Positions 1 through 9,000 of a DNA stretch of 64,000 bases are shown here, piece after piece; the first letter of the stretch is position 1, and each line of letters starts with the position of its first letter. Source of the stretch: Obrimoposthia wandeli. Taxonomy: Eukaryota. The DNA is taken from assembly GCA_977020255.1 (NCBI GenBank), contig CDROCS010001071.1, positions 1,984,001 through 2,048,000 on the forward strand, read 5' to 3'. The notes beneath the pieces are model-generated. The model did no database searches. It was given only the letters and a program-made list of their open reading frames with translations, and had not been told where the DNA came from. A program made the position numbers and the translations under genes.

Positions 1-33
1 GAAGAAATAGTTGAGGAGGATATAATTGAAAAT

Positions 34-3000
34 ATGGCTCAACCAGGAGCTCCAGTAGATAATAATGCAGGAAATAATGTAGGAGACATGAATGCAGAAC
101 AATTGGCACTAGCCTTAAATGCGACGTTGAGACCCAACTTTTCAGGATCATTGCAGATTACAAAGTTTAAAGGAGATGAGGAAAGTATTTGTGACTTCCT
201 CGCAGAATATTCGAGTTGTGCAGATGTTCAAGGATGGAACGATAGAGAAAAATGTATCCGTGTGCAGGCACATTTGACCGGATTGGCACTTGAAGTGTAT
301 AAACATTTAACAGAAGCAGAACGTTTAGATTGGGCAACGTTGGAAAATGCTTTTATTGGAATATTGGTATTGGGAGATTTAGCAAAAGTGAATAAGCGAA
401 TCATGAGAGAACGGAAACAGAAACATGACGAAGGCGTGAATGAATACGCGTATGTTTTGAGAACCTTGGCCGCAAGAACGTACCCAAGAATAATAATGAG
501 AAATCAGGACGGTAACCCTGTAGCTCCAGAAGCACAAGTAGCGGAAAATAACCGGAACCAAAATGAAATGGCAGAAGTTTTGTTAGACATATTTAGAGGA
601 GGACTGAAAAAAGATATTAAAGTGTTATTAGCAGTATCAGACACGAATGATTTTGATAACGCCGTACGAAAGGCGAGAGAGATTGAGAAAAATATAAAAA
701 ATAACGCAGCAATGGCAATTTATGCAATGACCACAGGTGATGACGATAAGACAAAAGTATTCGTGAATAAAACAGAACCGAGTAATTTTCAGAATCGAAA
801 TTATGGACAAAATAAGTTTGAAAAAGGAGATGAATCCAGTAACGGAAACAGAGATAATTTCCGAAATAGGAATCGAGATGATTCGAGAAGTAGAAATAAT
901 AGTGAGTCTTGGAACAGGAATCGAGATGATTCAAGAGGTAGAAATAGTAATGATTCGTGGAATAGAAATAGAGATGATTCCAGGAATAGATTTAGTAGAG
1001 ATAATTCAGGAAATCGCCAACCTTGGAGAGGGGACGATAGGAATTACAACGCAAACAGAGGAGAGCGAAGTGACTCTCGATTTGGAAATAATACAGGAAG
1101 TAGGGACGGAAGATTCAATAATCGAGGAAGTGGTTTTGAATCGAATTTCCGAAGAAATTATTTTAGAGGACGCTATGACAATAGACAGAATAGTCGTCGA
1201 GTACAGTTCGAAGATGAACAAAATAAGATAGATATTCGAGGGAGAATAATGTGTTACACGTGTAAACAAATGGGTCACTATTCGAGAGATTGTACGAGAA
1301 GTAAAGAGTTCGGAACTAACAGATTTGGAAATAATAATTTCGGAAATAATAATTTTGGAAAAAATTATAGAGGATATAATTCACCTCCGCCATGGAATAG
1401 AGGTGGTGGATATACTCCACAGCCATGGAGACCGAATAACCAGTATACAGATAGACAACAGTCACCAGGTAGATACAATAACTATGCAGATAGACAGCAA
1501 GGAGCTGAGAGATACAATAATTACGTAGGACAGCAAGTAGCTGAGAGATATAATAATTCCGGTAGATATAATAATAATAATGTTGACAAGACAAATAGTC
1601 GTGAGAGTTCGCCGAAACCGAAAGGAAATTTTAGTTACGTAAATGATGACAGCGATAGGAATCGCGAGACCGAGCTTCGACGCGAAATTGATTTTGAAGA
1701 TAGTGATAGTAAATTTGAACGAATGTTAGGAATAATTAAAGATTCACCACATACAAAGATGGCGAATTCATCTACGTTGTCGAAACAAGAAAAAAGTCTA
1801 CACTCGAGAGAAGAGATAAATGATTTAATGAACCGAATACTAGAAGCGTATGAGACACCAATAGAGAAAACGTGTAACGCACAACCTATGACTGATCACA
1901 TAGAAGCAGCAAGAAATGCTACAAGTATGGAAAATTTAAAAAAGATAATTAGTGAAGCTAAGGAGACGTTGAATCAACCGTTAGATGAAACGAGTGAAGC
2001 TCCAGAAGTTTTGGCCAAATTGCAAACAATTAAAGTGCACAGATTGGAAGAAGTGCGAGCAGAATTGGTTAAACATAGTCATGATAACTTGGGTTACAAA
2101 GAAGTACCACGAGGATTATTGAAAGGATATGGTCGTTACGTACAGAGATCAAACCAAAATGGAACGATGAAAATTTCGCTTCGATTAATTTCCGGACAGA
2201 TTATACATGAAAAACTTAACGTGTATCAAACAATGAAAACTATTCGAAAAATGTTGGCCGAGAAACTTGAAATTGATGGAATGAACATGTTGTTCCATTA
2301 TAAAGGAAGATCACTAGATGACGAAGACGTACCAGTCGAGTGCGGATATCCAATAGGAAACGAATTAGAGGAAAAAATTGATGTCATTACTGTAGAACGT
2401 CAAGAGTTAGTAGATAATGAAGGATTAACGGAGATATTAAACTCCGCGTTAGAAATGATTAAAACGCCTATAGAAATTTTAGACAGTTCAAGCGAAAGCG
2501 GAGATAATGATGTAGCTGAAGCTTGGAACAAGACATCCACACCAGAACCGTACGTAGCTGAATTACAAGACGTGGAACTAGAAAATGAGTTGACGACTCC
2601 GTTGGTCGAAGTACCACCAGAACCAGAGATAATTCAAACCAGACAAGATGAAGTAACGGATATAGCTAACCAAGTGAGACAAAACGAAAACGTAACCCAA
2701 CTAGTAGGAGAAGACGAAATCTCCGAAATTATAGATTTAGATTCACCAATTTGGCATGCTGCATACAGAGATAGACAAGCAGAGCAGATGATGCGACAAA
2801 ACGAAGAGATTGGCCATGAAGAAGGACCAAGTCAAGAGATACAGTATAATGGTGAACCGTATGATCCAGGAGAGAATCAAACTGAGTATCAGTATTTTCG
2901 AAGAGGACCTGGAAGACCTAGAAAGGACGGAAGTATATTACGAAATGTTCTAACTGCACCACAAACTGATGAGGAGAGACATCTAAGCATTGGACAGTTA

Positions 3001-6000
3001 GCAGCGTCATTAGAGCAGTATAGTACGGAGCGAAATGAAGATATCAGAGGTGATATGAATTCGGAAGCTCCAAGTAGTAAAGATATACTTACGGGAATTC
3101 TCAGGCAAGTGAAGCCGAAGTTGTTCAAAATGTACAAAGATGAAACAACCGATATAACAGACAATTTGACTAAAGCAGTTAGATCACAAATGTCTGCAGT
3201 AAAGAGAATGACTGCGAATCATGTATACCATGCATCAATAGATAGATTTTATGACGGTGAAGTTTTAGCAAGATTATGTGGAAACCAGACTACAAATAAA
3301 AAGTTAATTACAGCAATCACATATCTATGTTTCCAATTGACGGAACGAACGAGCCAATCTCACGAAGTCAAACAAGGAATAAATGAAGCGATGTATTTGA
3401 TCGAGAATGTATTGCAGAGACGAATTGACGAAAACGGAGGTTGGGCAAAATTAAGTGACTACGCTAAAACCATTGTGGAAATGAACGAAGACGATGACAA
3501 ACAATGTCATGAGAACCGGCAGAGAGAAAATAAACAATACCGTCCGAAAGAAAGAAACAATCAACCAAATATGTCCACAACAATGATGATGATGATGTTA
3601 GTAATGTTCATGGGAATGCAACAGGCATCAGGGTTGATAGCATACGACTGTAGCATACCAAAAATGGGACAAAAGTATTCACTGCTTGACAGCGAAAACT
3701 GTCCAGAATCACAACCGTCAAAATTAGAAGTTAAAGGTGTTGAAAACTACTTTGTGTATCAGGATGTTGATAAGATACAAGTAGAATTGAAAGAATGTTC
3801 AGTCCATTCAAGTTATCACGAATTCTATTGTGGCCATAGAGGTTTTATGTCGGAAATCACATCTACCACACCGTACAAAGTACATAAGGTTTTTCCGAGA
3901 GATTGCGAAGACGCATTTCGAACAGGAACAATAGACAAGAATTACAAACCTGATGTAAAAGTTGGGGTGAGACGATACGAAACAGTCACGAGAGTAGGAC
4001 AACGATGGCCTGATGGATCTTGTGACGGAGGAACAAAAAACGTGCGTGGTACCAAAGTAACAGAGTTAGTAATGGACGTAACTTACAAAATCGAATTAAA
4101 AACATGGACCGCCAATTTTGATAAAAAGACACAACGAATGATGAAGTATCCGGAATGTAAAATGACAGATGCATCTTGTTTTACAGGTGAATCCACAATT
4201 GTGTATCACGTGAATCCGAAACAATGCTCTTTAGTATTTTTGAAAGAAATTAGTTTTAATAAAATAAAAGGGTTCCTGTATAATAAAGATGGAGAAGGGT
4301 TCCTGTATAATAAAGTTGGAGAAGGATTTCATAATGAAACAAGACCAATTCCTATGACGGCGACACCTACACTGTTAATGGCAACGTCAACAGAAGAAGG
4401 ATTGATATTTATTAAAAAGAGAAATAAAGCGCGATGCGGAATGACTGTTAGTACTACAAACTATCCTGGAATAGTTTTGTCCAGAGAATTAATAGCATTG
4501 GCAGAAACCAAGCTAAAACCTAGAGATATGCAGCTACACACGTATTTTAATAATAAAATTGATTTTTATTATCATAAAGGATTGATGCAAATGGAACAGT
4601 TATATCGGATGATGATCGAGAGAGATTGCCAGCTAAACAAAGAGATCGTAAGAACAAAGTTAGCATTAGCTATTACGAATCCAGACATGGTAGCACCATT
4701 ATTACCCCTGGATGAAGGAGTATTTGCTAAAACCATGGAAGAAGTATTGTATACTTACAAGTGTAATAAAGTAGAAGTACAGTTGAGAAAAACAGATCGA
4801 TGTACGAGTGAATTGGCCGTAACGCATAATTTAAAAGAACTCTTTGTTGAACCAATCACGAGAATGATACTTCCAAAAGACACTCCAACTAAAGAAATCA
4901 GCTGCTCTAATATAATGGCACCTGAATATCAGATGACGAATGATCTATGGATAACGCTACCTGACCGAAAGCCAACGAAAACTCCAGAGATGATAAAAAT
5001 GACAAATCTTAAAGGAAAAATGAAATTCGAAGCGGTAGAAAATATGGAGAACGCAGGTTTGTACAATGAAAAAGACTTAAAAGCGGCCTGGAACGAAATA
5101 ATGTTTCCAGTAAAAAGGGCCAGAGTACTTACGGAGATGGTACATCGAGCATTACCGCCAGGAGCTAGATATGCGAATTTTGATATGTTATTATCGCCAA
5201 GCCATTTCAAGGAAGCAGCACATCAGACACTTAGAAAGATGTGGGGGAAATTCCTTGTTTTAGGACAATTATTTTCGGGTATCATAGGTATTTATGTTAT
5301 AATTAAATTTGTGCAGGTAATTATAGCCCATATGTTGTCTACGTATAGTTTATACAGGATAACCGGAATCACCTGGCAACTTATAATTGGATGTTTTCCA
5401 TTTTTAGCAAAATATCTAATGCACCATCATCACGAGAACGAGTTGCGAGCCCTCAAGAAGGAGCAACATCAAACGAGAACCATGATGCGAAACCCAAGAA
5501 ACTATCGAGACGACAACAACGACGATAATGATAGTCCAGGAGAATATGCAAAGATACCAGGAAAACCAAAGATTCCGTTACCAGACAAGGAAGAAGTGGC
5601 GCTAAACCTATATCCAATGAAGGAACTAAAGGAAGAGAAGGAAAAGTTCAAGAGAGGCATTTTAATGATAAGATGGCCTAAAGTGAACTACAGTAAGATT
5701 CCAAAAGCAGAGGAAAAAGACAAAAAAGATAATTCAAGAAGAATTCTAAAGTCTAGGATATCCAATGAGAATCCAAATGCTCCACCACAAGTAGCAGTAA
5801 CACTGAACGGAAGAGAATATCTTGCCGAAGTCGATACTGGATCTGCAGTATCAGTACTGAGTAAAGAAATCTTGTCATCAAAAGAATTAAGAGAAGTATG
5901 TCCTAGAAAACAGACATTTGTTAACGTAAACGGTACAGATGTAGTGTCAGAAGGAACACTGAAATGTTCATTAAATATCGATGGAAGAGCATTGCAGTTA

Positions 6001-9000
6001 AATGCTAGAATATTCACAGATTGCGGTAGTCCAGTCATGATTGGGATGGACGTAATACGGATGTTTGAAGGAATAATTATATTACCAAACAACAAGAGTT
6101 TTAAGAACGACAGTTCAGTGAGAGAGATAAAAATGTTGAGAGGACCTATAGTCGAAAAGGAAAAATACACTATGTTCCGTATGGGAAATCCGTACCAAGA
6201 TAAGAAACAGGAAGCGCTAGTAAAGTCGATACTTCACTACAAAGATGTAAACTCCGGACCACAAGCTATGACGAGGAGGAAAATAACATATGTGAATCTG
6301 TCAGAAAAAGATCCCTTGAGAATCGAGAAAAATAGACGAAAATCATTAGAACTGTACTATTCAAAAGAAATGGCACGTAAAATGGCAAGATCAGGTTTAC
6401 AAATGTTAAACGCGACAAGTAGTTATGGTCATGAGGAAGTAGTACGATGCGTATGGTGTAGAGTAAAGTTTAGAAAGTGGGAGAAGAATGAAAACCCAAT
6501 GAAACGTCATAAAAGAGATGCACCAAATTGCCCATTTCTTTTGAAACTGAAAACTTCAAAAATACCAGAAATCCAAATGGGAAAAGCACCCGATTTCGAT
6601 TACAGTGACGAGATTCCAAAAGGAGAATCAACTCTAATAGTAGGCAGAGTAATAACAAATAGCCGAATTGAAGACATATTCGAAGTTATGCGAGAAGTGA
6701 ACGAATGTGCCGAACAATATCGAGAAGTAACTTTCGAAGATCCAAGACTTAAAAGATTGGCAAAAAAGGGACTTTTTGCTATAAAAAAGGATGGTAAAGA
6801 CGTAATTAAATGCCACAAGTGTAAAAAAGAACGAATTATCGACAGATATACTCTTGAGTTACCTAAGAAAACTTTACATCACGAATTTTGTGAATTTTGT
6901 ATTTTTAAAAACAAAATAAAGCAAAAAGAACAGAAAACAGAATGTATAATCGAATACCAAATCACACGGAAAGAGATTTTGGCTCAACAAGACACACCGG
7001 TAGTGTCATTCGTGAGAAGACTATATCCAAAAGAAGCAGAAAGAATCAGAGATTTGGTAGAATTAAAAATAAAAACTACACGAAACGGATACGGATCGAT
7101 TTTTGAATTACTAAAAGATAAAGATGATAGTACAATTGAAACAAAAGAGAAAGAGTACATAAACGAACTAGAATACGTACTGGAAGATCCGGAATGTGCA
7201 GTTTGCATGGTCAACAAAATAGAAGTTGCCTTTTTACCATGCGGACATGTAAGAACATGTCGGAGATGTGCGAAGGAAATGGTATCATGTCCGATTTGTA
7301 GAAGGATAATATATCGACAAGTGAGAAATATTAGATTTCACTATCCAAACAAAGGAAGTGGACCGACAGAGTTTAATAATTCGATAAATACAATATACCA
7401 CATGGGAAATATAAATGGAGCACAGCGACCAGCAGCTATCATTAGAGTAAATAATTTAAGAGTAAAAGCCTTAATTGATACAGGTGCGGTAGCTTCGATA
7501 GTAAGTGAAGATTGTTTGACGGAGGAACAGAAACGAACAATGGCAGAACCAGATGAATTCTTGGTATCGGTCAATGGAGACCCTGTAAAAGTGACGGGAA
7601 TATTACCATGTACATTTATAATTGGATGTAATACGATCACTATACCAGTTAGAATCATGAAAAAATGTCCTGAACCTACAATTTTAGGAATGGATGTACT
7701 ATCACAACTCAAAGGGATAAGTATTGATTTACAAGATCCAAGATTGAAGGATAGTACATCAAACAGACAAATAAACCAAATTGATGTAATTATAGAAAAT
7801 CCTATAAAAATCGGTAAAAGATCACAATTTCTCATTCAAGGTCACACATTGTCAGAAGATAAAGGACCAGTTGTGTTCGAACCATCACGGGATTTCATAG
7901 AGAAATACGAATTACCAATTGTGATTACAGCATGTCTGATTGAAAACCACAAAATACCAGTCAGACTGATGAATACAACCAACAATGACATCCTGTTATA
8001 CAGAGGAATGAGGTTGGGAAAGATAGCACAGATGGAGAATCCCACTGTGTGTGCTATGAAACTCGATAAAGACACGAATGATTACGAAGAAATAGTAATC
8101 CACTCAGAAAGACTGACAACTAGAGAAAAGAAACCATTACTTGATCTAATACATAAATTTCCGAAAGTAATTGCAAAAAATCCGTATGACATAGGAGAAA
8201 CACCTGTAATAAAACACACAATACCGCTGACGGAAGACAAAGTAGTCAGAAGAAGACCATATCGAGTACCATTACAGTTACAAGATGAAGTAAAACGTCT
8301 GATTGAAGATATGTCTAAAACAGGAGTAATTAGACCGAGTTTTTCACCATTCTCAGCACCTGTAGTGTTAGTAAAAAAGAAGGATGGAAAAATGAGATTC
8401 TGTATAGACTTCAGAGAACTGAACAAGATCACAAGAAAAGATGTGTATCCATTACCTAGAATCGAAGAGATGCTCGATAAATTAGGTAATTCAGATTATT
8501 TTACGACATTGGATTTGCAGAGTGGATACTGGCAAATCGAGATAGAGGAAGAGAACAAACACAAAACAGCCTTTTCCTGCGGAGATGGACTATACGAATG
8601 CGAAAAAATGCCATTCGGACTGACAGGAGCTCCAGCAACATTTCAGCGTTGCATGAATTTTGTACTCGCATCGTGTGCAAACACGATGGTTTATATCGAT
8701 GACATAATAATATTTTCTAAAACGTTCGAAGAACATTTAAAAAATCTTGAAGTTGTATTTAAAAGACTGGAAAACGCTAAATTAAAAGTTAAACCTACAA
8801 AATGCGATTGGGCTAAAGAGCGAGTAACATTTTTAGGACATATAGTATCGAAAGAATGCATCCGACCTGATACAGCAAAGATCGAGAATGTAAAAGCGCA
8901 TTTAGCGCCAAAGACTGTTAAGGAAATACAGAGTTTTTTAGGTCTTGCGAACTATTATAGACGATTTGTTGTACATTTTTCGGATATAGCAACACCATTG

